Under the pieces are notes generated by a model. It was not told the DNA's origin, ran no database searches, and worked only from the letters and a program-made list of their open reading frames with translations. Source: Candidatus Gottesmanbacteria bacterium (lineage in GTDB: Bacteria > Patescibacteriota > Microgenomatia > UBA10105 > UBA927). Taken from it: a stretch of DNA of 64,000 nucleotides. The stretch is taken from NCBI GenBank assembly GCA_030679255.1, contig JAUXTO010000025.1:8719-72718 (forward strand), read 5' to 3'. This document shows positions 46,742 through 55,906 of the stretch, piece by piece (within the stretch, counting starts at the first letter, position 1; every line of letters starts with the position of its first letter). The translations under genes and the position numbers were made by a program.

Positions 46742-47131
46742 ATGGCAAAACTAACAAAAGATGAAATTATGAAGGCGGTAGAAGAGATGACCGTTTTGGA
46801 ACTTTCCGATTTGGTCAAAGCTTTGGAAGAAAAATTCGGCGTATCCGCAGCCCCAGTGGCAGTCGCAGGCGCGGCAGCACCGGCATCAGCTGACGCAGGT
46901 GAACCAAAAGAGGAACAGACGGTCTTTAATGTTATGCTTTCAGAAATGGGCGCCAACAAAATCGGCGTCATTAAAGCAGTCCGTGAACTCGTCCCGACGC
47001 TCGGACTTCAGGAAGCCAAGACTCTCGTTGAGTCAGCTCCAAAAGAAGTATTAACGGGTGTCAATAAAGCGACGGCAGAAGAAGCCAAGAAAAAACTGGA
47101 GACAGCCGGTGCTAAGGTAGAACTCAAATAA
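46742..47131 (+). CDS. rplL: Ribosomal protein L7/L12
   Basis: Ala-rich hinge and C-terminal domain ([13 protein letters not shown]...LKEAKDLVE-like). Confidence 0.95.
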   Translation: MAKLTKDEIMKAVEEMTVLELSDLVKALEEKFGVSAAPVAVAGAAAPASADAGEPKEEQTVFNVMLSEMGANKIGVIKAVRELVPTLGLQEAKTLVESAPKEVLTGVNKATAEEAKKKLETAGAKVELK

Positions 47132-47329
47132 CAGATAGCGCAAGAAGAAGTGCCGTGGCAGTTTTCGAGTCATCGAGAAAATACTGCCGCGTGCATCCCG
47201 TATGAGCGCTCTTTCACGGCGAGGACGTAGACCTCGCGAGAAAGTAAGCTTCATACGGGGCCAAGAAGAAACTGGAAACGGCAGATGCGAAAGTTGAATT
47301 AAAATAATCAGTTATTTATTTTCTCTATA

Positions 47330-47368
47330 AAAAATCCCGATGACTATCGGGATTTTTTATTATCTAGC
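47330..47368 (+). terminator. Rho-independent (bidirectional) terminator
   Basis: aaaaatcccgat-gact-atcgggatttttt is a perfect 12-bp stem flanked by A/T runs. Confidence 0.7.
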
Positions 47369-47989
47369 CATCCTGGGGCATCTGAGGGGTCCTAGTGAAA
47401 ACGACGAAACCTGGCGCTCTAGGATAGGCAGTGCTAATAAGAATTTTACTCATGAGAGCAAAAGCCAGGCTTTTGGAAGATCAAAGCCTGGCTTTGAAGG
47501 ATCGATAGCGCTCTCCGGCCTCTTCTGCCAACCTACTGTCTATTGACTCATACTCTAGGCTGATCGAGTTTGATACACTCTGGCACGTACGGGAATGACG
47601 CGGAAGTTAGGTAATGACGTATAACGAACAAACTCTCCATTGCAAGTTGGGACGAATTCTCATAGTGAACATATTTACTGTTCATAAATCGCTAGCTTCA
47701 AATTTTCCGGGTATTTTCCGTCTCCAATACACATTTCTGTTTTCTAAACTACTAAAGGACGTTTATCGTAACGCAAAATCTTCCACAAACACTGAAAGGA
47801 TAGTACGGGTAGACAAATTCCCTACCCTTCCATAAATGATAAAATATTCGGCTTTTTCGCACACGTCGCAAAAATAATTCCCGAATGAACAAGTTATCCA
47901 CATTGCATCTCTTTGATCCCTCTTGACTTTGTTTGACCCCAGGTGTACTGTTACGACTGATATCGATACTGTCCAGAAAGTGAACTCCT

Positions 47990-48190
47990 ATGTCTCTCGG
48001 TGATGAATGGCCAGAACTATTAACCGTCCGTGAAGTCGCAAAAATACTGCGCGTCTCGCCTCTTACCATCAAACGATGGGGTAAACGCGGGAAGCTCCCA
48101 GCAATCCGCATTAACTCTCGCGGGGACCGGAGATACAAAAAGGAAGCCGTGATGTGGCTTTTGGGTATGCAACAAAAGGGCGCGTTATAG
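47990..48190 (+). CDS. Excisionase/MerR-family HTH DNA-binding protein
   Basis: LLTVREVAKILRVSPLTIKRWGKRGKLPAIRI matches the HTH_17 pattern. Confidence 0.6.
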   Translation: MSLGDEWPELLTVREVAKILRVSPLTIKRWGKRGKLPAIRINSRGDRRYKKEAVMWLLGMQQKGAL

Positions 48191-49093
48191 CGCTACATGC
48201 TTTAGTATTTCTGAGGCAGAAACCGGATCCACGACATTCACATTAAGCCCCGTCCCCAACTCAAACCCTGCGCGGTGGATGAAACGCGGGATGATGCGGA
48301 TATACCAATTTACTCCGTGATACATATAAAAATTATAGCCAAAGGGCATCTCTGCATGATGGATAACTGACGCAGGATCATCATATACGGCCCGCACCCG
48401 ACGGAGCGCCTTCTGAAGTACCTCTGCTAAATCCGGGACCTCCTCATCCGTCAGATCCCCAAACTTAGTGCCTACGCCTTTGGGAGCAATCCAGACTTCG
48501 TAGGGCCACTGAGAAAAATCAGGACAGTAGGTACGGTAATACGTATTCTCTTCGACCACATTGGCCAACGGCTCACGGGAAAGGGTATCAAGATTTATCT
48601 GGCGCGGGACAACGACAAGTTGGCTATGCGGATGATTGAGGCTTGCTCCCGCGTGGAGACCGTGATTGCAAAATATCATCACCTGCCCGGTATCCTGATG
48701 CGTCCGGTAGCGCTGCCTGTAGGTCTCCATCACGCGTACAACCTGATCAAGAGGAAGATCTTCTAAATCTTTTTGATCATCCGTACTATGGATGATCACT
48801 TCATGGATATCGGTGATCGGATAGAGGTTGGGTACCACGCGCACGAGCCATCCCGGACCGTCTTTGACGCCTTCCCCAATCCGGAAGACTTCCGGAGGAG
48901 TAACGCTTTCATTACCCGGACAGAATGGACAGACATGGGTTTTAACCGGAGTGGCATCATCGGGCTTGCCCGCCGACCTGTCCACCGAAGCCTCGGCGGA
49001 GGAGGAAGCTTCAGCGAAGGTGGGGCGTTTAGTCCGGCTTGGCGCAATCACTACCCACCGCTGCGTTTTGACATCAGGAACGTATTTGGCCAT
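48185..49093 (-). CDS. galT: Galactose-1-phosphate uridylyltransferase (HIT family)
   Basis: CPFCPGNE and HPHSQ motifs. Confidence 0.8.
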   Translation of the reverse strand: MAKYVPDVKTQRWVVIAPSRTKRPTFAEASSSAEASVDRSAGKPDDATPVKTHVCPFCPGNESVTPPEVFRIGEGVKDGPGWLVRVVPNLYPITDIHEVIIHSTDDQKDLEDLPLDQVVRVMETYRQRYRTHQDTGQVMIFCNHGLHAGASLNHPHSQLVVVPRQINLDTLSREPLANVVEENTYYRTYCPDFSQWPYEVWIAPKGVGTKFGDLTDEEVPDLAEVLQKALRRVRAVYDDPASVIHHAEMPFGYNFYMYHGVNWYIRIIPRFIHRAGFELGTGLNVNVVDPVSASEILKHVAL

Positions 49094-49118
49094 ATACTCA
49101 CAATACTACCAATATCCA

Positions 49119-50270
49119 TTATGAAAGGAATTGTGTGACAATTGCAAGTACTTCTTGTTTTTGTACTTCTGTAACCACCACTTCCACGATTCCCTCCTCG
49201 GGCCCGCCTGCAACGCTATGCGTACCCGTCTGCAGCGATGCAGCAGCTTCGGGCAGGGCATTGCGGGCAGGCTGACCATAATAAAGAATACTTCCCAATG
49301 GAGCGTATTGGATGACCGGTAGGACTAAGAGGTCTTCTTCGCCGTTCACGATGATGGCGTGATGCGTATCTCCTGGTCTTACTTTTCTGGCAAGCGCTGC
49401 TTGTATTGCCACCACGGCATCACGACTAATAAACCCCGGTCCACTATGCAAAAATTTAGCCTTAAAAGGTGAGACCTTTTGAGGCTGAAGTCTGTTTACT
49501 ATTTCCGGGAATGGTTTCCGGCCTACTTGGCCATCAATGACGGCCAAGCACGGCATGACGCCGAGATCCAACACGGTCTTCGTCGATAAATCCCCGACCG
49601 TTATGACGAAATCGTGTTCGTGTGACCGTATCGAGACGTCTATCGCTTTTCCACGGAGAATCTTCCCCATCGGCTTGCCGAGCGCGGCGCGCAGCCTCTC
49701 CGGCATGATGAGTCTCCCGTCCCCGTCAATCTCTCCCTTTCGCAGCCGTGTCGAAGAAATCGGCTTTCCATCCTCGGCCGGTACGATCGGCACTTCGATG
49801 AGCGCGAGCGGTGACAGGGCCAGGCCCTGTCTGAGACCATTGATACGCTCTCCGGTCGAACGGTTCTCATATGTGACAATGAGCGCAGTGAGATCCCTCA
49901 TGCTCGCCGCAGGTTCGTGAGGATCAGAGATCGGGATAATGGTCGTCCGATTGAAATATCGTCGCTTGTGCAACCATGCTATGAGATAGCATTTCCTTTC
50001 TTTATATGTGCTTATTTTTTTTTGAATTTGCACATTGGGATTTGTTTGGTCATTGGGATTTGGAAATTGGGATTTATACTTTACAACAAACTCGTCTGTT
50101 GTCAGCCCGATAGTCACCCGCTCGCCTACCCGAAATGCCTCAGATAGAATTGATCGGTGCCCCGCGTGGAGCCCGTCAAACGTCCCGGCGACGAAAATGT
50201 GGTGATATAAATAATCTTTTAGAAGTTTATTATTAAGGATAGTCACAGAGGAATAATACAATATGATCAC
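49119..50270 (-). CDS. Fusion: archaeal-type phosphopantetheine adenylyltransferase-like (HxGH) N-domain plus a DUF359/dephospho-CoA kinase-like C-domain
   Basis: The N-domain has FVAGTFDGLHAGHRSIL...IGLTTDEFV. The C-domain has VITVGDLSTKTVLDLGVMPCLAVIDGQVGRKPF. It hosts a 10-bp repeat block at 50032-50075 and a REP-like element at 49447-49478. Confidence 0.5.
   Translation of the reverse strand: MIILYYSSVTILNNKLLKDYLYHHIFVAGTFDGLHAGHRSILSEAFRVGERVTIGLTTDEFVVKYKSQFPNPNDQTNPNVQIQKKISTYKERKCYLIAWLHKRRYFNRTTIIPISDPHEPAASMRDLTALIVTYENRSTGERINGLRQGLALSPLALIEVPIVPAEDGKPISSTRLRKGEIDGDGRLIMPERLRAALGKPMGKILRGKAIDVSIRSHEHDFVITVGDLSTKTVLDLGVMPCLAVIDGQVGRKPFPEIVNRLQPQKVSPFKAKFLHSGPGFISRDAVVAIQAALARKVRPGDTHHAIIVNGEEDLLVLPVIQYAPLGSILYYGQPARNALPEAAASLQTGTHSVAGGPEEGIVEVVVTEVQKQEVLAIVTQFLS
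49447..49478. repeat. REP-like family 1 element
   Basis: ttagccttaaaaggtgagaccttttgaggct. In frame in the PPAT/DPCK-like gene (QPQKVSPFKA). Confidence 0.8.
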
Positions 50271-50307
50271 GGGAACAACAATTCTGCATTAAATTATCTG
50301 TCGCTGT

Positions 50308-50610
50308 TTATTTTTGACTGAATTCAAATAAAGATACTTGCGCAGCCCTTTGAGGAAATGCTTTTGGGTTTTTTAAGTAATCAAGATAATGATCTGGATA
50401 ATTATGCAATGCATAAAGAACCATGTGAACTCCATGAAGACGCTCTAAATCCTCTAGTTGAAGTTGGGTAATTTCAATTCCAAATTCTTTACAAAAATGT
50501 CCAGCATCTGTGGCAACGGCTTTATCTATTTCTTCCTGAATAACATGTACATCTCGAGGGCGTGGAATTCCCTGTTCTACACGTTCATTCAAATCTACTG
50601 CTTGTGGCAT
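50308..50610 (-). CDS. Hypothetical protein
   Basis: 100-aa ORF. Confidence 0.35.
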   Translation of the reverse strand: MPQAVDLNERVEQGIPRPRDVHVIQEEIDKAVATDAGHFCKEFGIEITQLQLEDLERLHGVHMVLYALHNYPDHYLDYLKNPKAFPQRAAQVSLFEFSQK

Positions 50611-50676
50611 AGCACTCCCCTTTCATCGACAAAGTCCACCAAAAAAGAGTCTATTTTTATGTGTTATACTCTCTCT

Positions 50677-51396
50677 ATGACACAAAGTCTACAGGAGATT
50701 GCTGCTCACCTTGATCTTGCCAACCACCACGCCGGCGCCACAGCGGAGGATGTGAAGGAAGTCTGTGCAAACGTCATCAAATACGGCTTCAACGGCGCAT
50801 TCGTGAATCCCTGTTATATCAGCCTTGCGAAAGCAGAACTTGGTGACCGCGCCAAAGTCGGAACGGCATTTTCTTTTCCACTCGGACAGGATACATTGGA
50901 TATGAAATTATTTGCCACTCGCGAGGCGATCAAACTTGGAGCCGATGAACTGGATATTGTACCCAATAATGGGCTACTCCTCACCGAAAGTGGCTTTGGA
51001 CAGTACCGTGATGAACTCCGTGTGATTGTCGAGGCGGCCCATGAGGCCAGGGCGGATATCGTCGTAAAATTTATTATCGAAACAGGACTCTTCCTTGAGG
51101 GTGACGTGTCCGCATCAATAGATGAAAAGGATCGGGGAGAATTTCTCATTAAACGGTCTGCTGAAGCAATACTTGCCAGTGGCGCAAACTTCGTAAAAAT
51201 CTGCTCGGGGATGGGCAAACGCGGCGCGAGCCTCAATGACGTACGTCTCGTGAAGGAGGCTATCGGGACGGCCCCCATTAAAATCAAAGTCGCCGGCGGG
51301 ATTGATACCATTACAGAAGTTCGCGGATTCCTAGATGCCGGTGCCCAGAGAATCGGGACTTCAAAAGCCGTGGAGATCGTGGAGCAAATAGTCTAA
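50677..51396 (+). CDS. deoC: Deoxyribose-phosphate aldolase
   Basis: Start chosen at MTQSLQEIAAHLD. DeoC pattern (FVNPCYISLAKAEL...GADELDIVPN...KVAGGI). Confidence 0.8.
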   Translation: MTQSLQEIAAHLDLANHHAGATAEDVKEVCANVIKYGFNGAFVNPCYISLAKAELGDRAKVGTAFSFPLGQDTLDMKLFATREAIKLGADELDIVPNNGLLLTESGFGQYRDELRVIVEAAHEARADIVVKFIIETGLFLEGDVSASIDEKDRGEFLIKRSAEAILASGANFVKICSGMGKRGASLNDVRLVKEAIGTAPIKIKVAGGIDTITEVRGFLDAGAQRIGTSKAVEIVEQIV

Positions 51397-51397
51397 G

Positions 51398-52039
51398 TTA
51401 TTTCCCCTGCAATGCCTCTATCGTTGCGTCTATACTTCCCGGATCTTTAAGAAGCATATCTGCAGAAATGACGATCCTTGAGACCCCGACGTCGACGAGG
51501 AGCGAAGCATTACGTTCATCGATATTTCCCTCCGCTACGATGGGCAAATCCGGATAATGATGCCGGATGGACTTCATCTTTTCCATGGATTCGGGCAGAA
51601 ATGGCGCATCGGCGACCCCAGCCTCGACCGTCATGACAACGACCAGATCGACGGTCTCCAAAAATGGCTCAATCGCGTCAATTTCGCTCGCTCCATCCAG
51701 AGCCAATCCCACCTCGACGCTTTCTATCTGGGCATCTTCCATGAATTGCCGGGGATCGGCCGCTTCGACCTGGGCGATGATGCGCTTAAATCCTGCGTCA
51801 ACTAAGGGTTTGAGGTACTTGACGGGATTATCGACCATCAAGTGGGCTTCAAATGATATGGTAGGGTGGGACACAATGACCGCTTTTAACTTCTCGATAT
51901 CCATGATGGTGGCATCCGGCACCATCGTACCGTCAGAGAGATCAATTTGGATCCAGGGAGCGTGAGGTGCTAATTGATTTGCCTGACTGGCAAGGACGCC
52001 TTCATCATTGGTAAATATCGCGGGAGTGACAACAATCAT
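51398..52039 (-). CDS. rpe: Ribulose-phosphate 3-epimerase family protein
   Basis: IQIDLSDGTMVPD...HLMVDNP is the RPE TIM-barrel pattern. Confidence 0.7.
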   Translation of the reverse strand: MIVVTPAIFTNDEGVLASQANQLAPHAPWIQIDLSDGTMVPDATIMDIEKLKAVIVSHPTISFEAHLMVDNPVKYLKPLVDAGFKRIIAQVEAADPRQFMEDAQIESVEVGLALDGASEIDAIEPFLETVDLVVVMTVEAGVADAPFLPESMEKMKSIRHHYPDLPIVAEGNIDERNASLLVDVGVSRIVISADMLLKDPGSIDATIEALQGK

Positions 52040-52092
52040 GTTCTCTACGATACGGGTTTTCTGCTCGCCAGGTCAAGAGGGAAAATCCAGAC

Positions 52093-52473
52093 TTAGCGGA
52101 ACGTTTGGAGAGATTCGGAGAGTTTGGCGTATTTATCATCGATCCCACGAAATGTTTCATCGTCCATACTTCCCCGCCCCCAGGCAACCGCCAGGTGGGT
52201 ACGAGTTTTAGCCACTTGCCCCACCGCTTGCATCATGAGATCACGGCCTACGCGCCGGTCTGCCCGCGTCAGGCTGTCGGCAATCGTCGCCGCGACATTT
52301 TGTGCGGATGAAAGCAATCCTTCAATCACGTCGTTATCATGAGATTGGCCCTCTTCGGAACTATCAAGCATCTCATGTATATCCATGAGTGCCACGTAGG
52401 ATTCCTGCCAAAGTTTATGTTCGTGAAAGTTGATCATAAAACGATTATAATCGTTCTCACGCATGAAATCCAT
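52093..52473 (-). CDS. Four-helix-bundle protein (23S rRNA intervening-sequence protein-like)
   Basis: Start chosen at MDFMRENDYNRFMINFHEHKLWQESYVALMDIHEML. The N-terminal ~66 aa of the longer ORF look non-coding. Confidence 0.45.
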   Translation of the reverse strand: MDFMRENDYNRFMINFHEHKLWQESYVALMDIHEMLDSSEEGQSHDNDVIEGLLSSAQNVAATIADSLTRADRRVGRDLMMQAVGQVAKTRTHLAVAWGRGSMDDETFRGIDDKYAKLSESLQTFR

Positions 52474-53635
52474 CCCCTTTTGGAATCCCCTGCCCGAGTA
52501 CGAGAAAATTGCGACCGAAGTGCATACGGCAATCGCCCGCGTCCTCTCCTCGGGCACGCTCATCCTGGGGCCGGAAGTCGCAGCGTTTGAAACATCCTTT
52601 GCGCAATACATTGGCTGCCGGTATGGTATTGGGGTGGGTAATGGGACGGATGCCATCATTCTCGCCCTCAAAGCGCTCGGAGTGGGTCAGGATGACGAAG
52701 TGATTACCGCCGCCAATACAGCTATCCCCACCGTCGCGGCAATCATGGCGGTTGGTGCAGTACCCAAGCTCGTTGACGTACTCCCTGATTCCCTGCTTAT
52801 GGATCCCGCCAAACTTCAAGGCGCCATTACAAAGCGTACCCGCGCAATAATCCCCGTCCATCTCTACGGACAATCGTGCGATATGGACACGATTATGAAG
52901 ATCGCAACATCCAAAAAGGTATTCGTCATCGAAGACTGCGCGCAGGCGACGGGGGCCGAGTATAAGTCAAAAGTCTCCGCCAAAGGCGGACCAGCCTATG
53001 GCCGGAAAAGTCGAAAGTCAAAAGTTGGTTCGATGGGGAGTATCGCAACATTTTCGTTTTATCCGACCAAAATCATCGGCTGCTACGGCGATGGGGGGAT
53101 GATTACGACCAATAATCCCGCTCTTGCCAAGCGGGTACGAAGTTTACGCATGTATGGCACCGAGGGAACGTACAACGCTATAATCGAAGGAGGAATTAAT
53201 TCACGACTCGATGAACTCCAGGCTGCCATCCTATCTGTCAAATTGAAAAACATCAAACGCTGGATCAAGGAGCGGCAACGTCTCGCCCATCGCTACAATC
53301 AGGGTCTCAAGAGTACACCACTTATTCTTCCGTCTCAGCCTCAAAAGGTCTCACCTTTTGAGGCTAATTCCCATGTTTTTCACCTCTATATCATCCGACA
53401 CACGAAACGCATAGAAATTCAAAAATATTTAAGAATGCACGGTATCGGCACGGCTATCCACTACCCGGTCCCCATCCACCTTATGCCCGCGTACAGCAAA
53501 TTAGGATACGAAAAAGGAGATTTTCCCGTCGCCGAAGGGGCGTGTCATTCTGTGCTTTCGCTTCCGCTCTATCCGGGGCTGACTGACGACGATCAGGATC
53601 GTATCATCAATGCGCTTCGCGCGTACTTCAAATAA
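52463..53635 (+). CDS. DegT/DnrJ/EryC1/StrS family sugar aminotransferase with an in-frame REP-like insertion
   Basis: IPFWNP...GNGTDAI...SFYPTKIIGCYGDGGMITT. The element at 53336-53367 encodes SQPQKVSPFEAN. Confidence 0.85.
   Translation: MKSIPFWNPLPEYEKIATEVHTAIARVLSSGTLILGPEVAAFETSFAQYIGCRYGIGVGNGTDAIILALKALGVGQDDEVITAANTAIPTVAAIMAVGAVPKLVDVLPDSLLMDPAKLQGAITKRTRAIIPVHLYGQSCDMDTIMKIATSKKVFVIEDCAQATGAEYKSKVSAKGGPAYGRKSRKSKVGSMGSIATFSFYPTKIIGCYGDGGMITTNNPALAKRVRSLRMYGTEGTYNAIIEGGINSRLDELQAAILSVKLKNIKRWIKERQRLAHRYNQGLKSTPLILPSQPQKVSPFEANSHVFHLYIIRHTKRIEIQKYLRMHGIGTAIHYPVPIHLMPAYSKLGYEKGDFPVAEGACHSVLSLPLYPGLTDDDQDRIINALRAYFK
53336..53367. repeat. REP-like family 1 element
   Basis: cagcctcaaaaggtctcaccttttgaggctaa is a perfect palindrome. 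In frame in the DegT gene. Confidence 0.8.
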
Positions 53636-55069
53636 TCATGACGATCCTTTGACAAGATCTTGATATAACGCCAAATACTCTTTCGCACTCCTCTTCCACG
53701 AAAAATCCTGCCGCATCGCCGTCTTGACCATGCTATGCCAGGTCGTCTTGTCATTCCATGCCGCCATTGCCCGTTCCATCCCCACAATGAGCGCCGATGC
53801 CGTGTATTCTGTAAAGACAAATCCCGTGACACCATCATGGACGGAATCAGCAAGCCCTCCTGTTTTGCGGACAAGAGGAATAGTCCCGTAGCGCATCGCA
53901 ATCATCTGCGTCAACCCGCATGGTTCAAATTTGCTGGGAATAAGCATGATGTCTGCCCCGGCGTAAATGCGTTTGGCAAGCCGCTCATCAAAGGTATGAG
54001 TAAATGAAATAGTATGGTGTTTGCGAGCGAGTTGGATAAATTCCTGGATCAATGATTTTTGTCCCGTACCCAGGAGTGCGAGCTGGTACTGGCCATCTGG
54101 GATAGCAGCAATGGCTTTGGCCACTAAATCCAACCCCTTCTGACGGCCTTCAAACCGTCCGACGAACCCAAACAAAGGCACATCCAATTCGGGCAGGTGT
54201 AATGAATGCTGTAATGATTTTTTGATTTCAGCTTTGGCAGCGATCACCGTGGTTGCGCTATACGTCCGGGGCAGTTCTTTGTCCGTCCGCGGATCCCACG
54301 CATCACTGTCTATGCCGTTGAGGATGCCACGAATACGGTCTCCCCTCCGGGTAAACACATCCACCGTACTTTTTCCGTGCTTCCCTGCCATAATTTCTTT
54401 AGCGTAGGTCGGAGACACGGTCGTCACGCGGTCGACATACTCCATCCCTTCTTCCATAAGCCGAATTGCGGGGCCCAAAGGTGTCTGAAATATATGCAAC
54501 ATGGACTGCGGAATTCCAAGCTTTAACGCGATTGAGACCCCGCTTTCTCCGGTATAGAGAAGATTATGAATCGTCAGGATCGTTTTGGCCTGCTTCGATT
54601 GGATCGTCTCCTCATGCCGGTGGTGTCCGACTTTCGTGTGTTCGCCGACCAAGAGCGGAATGAGCGCCGTATGCCAATCCTGACAATGAACGATATCGTA
54701 GGGCCCGCCCATCGTATCCTGGGAATACAAATAGAGTTGCGTGACGGCTTTGGAAAAAAAGGCAAACCGCTCGACGATCTTCTCGCCGTCATATTGGTTG
54801 AGGATCGGATGCCGGAAAAGATACACCGGTACTTTTGTCCCCGGAAGGGTGGTGCGAAAAATAAACACGAGTTCGCGCCGGCGGTCATAATCAAGGGCGA
54901 GTTGGCCCACACAAATGACATTCTTTGTAGACATGGACTCATAAAACGGCATCGCGATGGCAATCGCGACCCCAAGCCGCGCAAGGGCCGCAGGGAGCGA
55001 ATAGCTCACGTCAGCCAGTCCCCCGCGTTTATAAAGTTTTGTGACTTCACTCGTGACAAAAAGAACTTT
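53636..55069 (-). CDS. glgA: Glycogen/starch synthase-like GT5 glycosyltransferase
   Basis: MKVLFVTSEVTKLYKRGGLADVSYSLPAALARLG. The ORF track's first M is a GTG inside the REP element; the true start is probably the ATG at 55069. Confidence 0.75.
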   Translation of the reverse strand, partial: KVLFVTSEVTKLYKRGGLADVSYSLPAALARLGVAIAIAMPFYESMSTKNVICVGQLALDYDRRRELVFIFRTTLPGTKVPVYLFRHPILNQYDGEKIVERFAFFSKAVTQLYLYSQDTMGGPYDIVHCQDWHTALIPLLVGEHTKVGHHRHEETIQSKQAKTILTIHNLLYTGESGVSIALKLGIPQSMLHIFQTPLGPAIRLMEEGMEYVDRVTTVSPTYAKEIMAGKHGKSTVDVFTRRGDRIRGILNGIDSDAWDPRTDKELPRTYSATTVIAAKAEIKKSLQHSLHLPELDVPLFGFVGRFEGRQKGLDLVAKAIAAIPDGQYQLALLGTGQKSLIQEFIQLARKHHTISFTHTFDERLAKRIYAGADIMLIPSKFEPCGLTQMIAMRYGTIPLVRKTGGLADSVHDGVTGFVFTEYTASALIVGMERAMAAWNDKTTWHSMVKTAMRQDFSWKRSAKEYLALYQDLVKGSS

Positions 55070-55105
55070 CATAAATCTAGCCTTAAAAGGTCTCACCTTT
55101 TGAGG

Positions 55106-55843
55106 CTAATCTTCATCAATTTCTGCTTTTGCAATATACCGAATACTTTCAACTTCAAAATCATAATCCTGTATCTCGACAAACTCTTTATATGACTGTA
55201 ATCCCGTTTTCGCTTTAGAGAAATAAGAAAGAATTGTCTTTGGCTTCACCCACTCTTGATGAATCTCTCCCAGGTAATTGGGATACGATGACGGTTGTAA
55301 CCGCAATATTTGAGATCGCTTTTTTGGATCTAGCCTTAAAAGGTGAGACCTTTTGAGGCTAAACGGATTACGGTGGATATATCGGGATACATGAAGAAGC
55401 TGCGCGTCATTAGTAATCAAGACTGCCTTATACGTTCCTTGAAAGACAGACCCTACTCGCTTGTGCCGGCTGTTTTCATACATCGTAAACCGAGTCATCA
55501 CAGATTGTACAAATTCACTCATGTCTGACTCCCCTTTTTGCTGGAGAAGAAAATGGAAATGATTGGGCATCAGGCAATAGGCCAAAAGATCAATCTTACC
55601 AGTAAAATTCTTTAGTCGAAGCTCTCGTGCTGCTACCCCACGTTCTTTATAGGAAAGGGATTCCTCTGACGCCATCTCCCGAAGTTTTTTTTCATCTTTT
55701 GGACGTAATGCGGTTGCAATATAAGAAAGGAATACTCGATAATCCTGATCATCAATGAATATATCCGCTTTATTCACTCCTCGATTATAGACATGATACA
55801 CCCCATCAGAGACGTACGATTTGATGATATTTTTGGCAGGCAT
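55106..55843 (-). CDS. REP-associated tyrosine transposase (RAYT; IS200/IS605-like HuH Y1 transposase), with a REP copy inserted near the catalytic Tyr
   Basis: YHVYNRGVNKADIF, HuH MPNHFHFLL, and RYIHRNP (the Y motif). SLKRSHLLRL is inserted immediately after NPF, via the element at 55330-55362. Confidence 0.8.
   Translation of the reverse strand: MPAKNIIKSYVSDGVYHVYNRGVNKADIFIDDQDYRVFLSYIATALRPKDEKKLREMASEESLSYKERGVAARELRLKNFTGKIDLLAYCLMPNHFHFLLQQKGESDMSEFVQSVMTRFTMYENSRHKRVGSVFQGTYKAVLITNDAQLLHVSRYIHRNPFSLKRSHLLRLDPKKRSQILRLQPSSYPNYLGEIHQEWVKPKTILSYFSKAKTGLQSYKEFVEIQDYDFEVESIRYIAKAEIDED
55330..55362. repeat. REP-like family 1 element inside the RAYT gene
   Basis: ctagccttaaaaggtgagaccttttgaggctaa. 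Confidence 0.8.
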
Positions 55844-55906
55844 GCCATCAGTATGCGCGAAGTGATAAAAAAATACAATAGCCTTAAAAGGTGAGACCTT
55901 TTGAGG

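Noticed and set aside
47752-48138. 128-aa minus-strand ORF
   Set aside because: It overlaps the excisionase-like HTH gene on the other strand and has no family resemblance.
54566-55195. 209-aa plus-strand ORF
   Set aside because: It is antisense to the glgA-like gene and runs through a REP element, so it is a shadow ORF.
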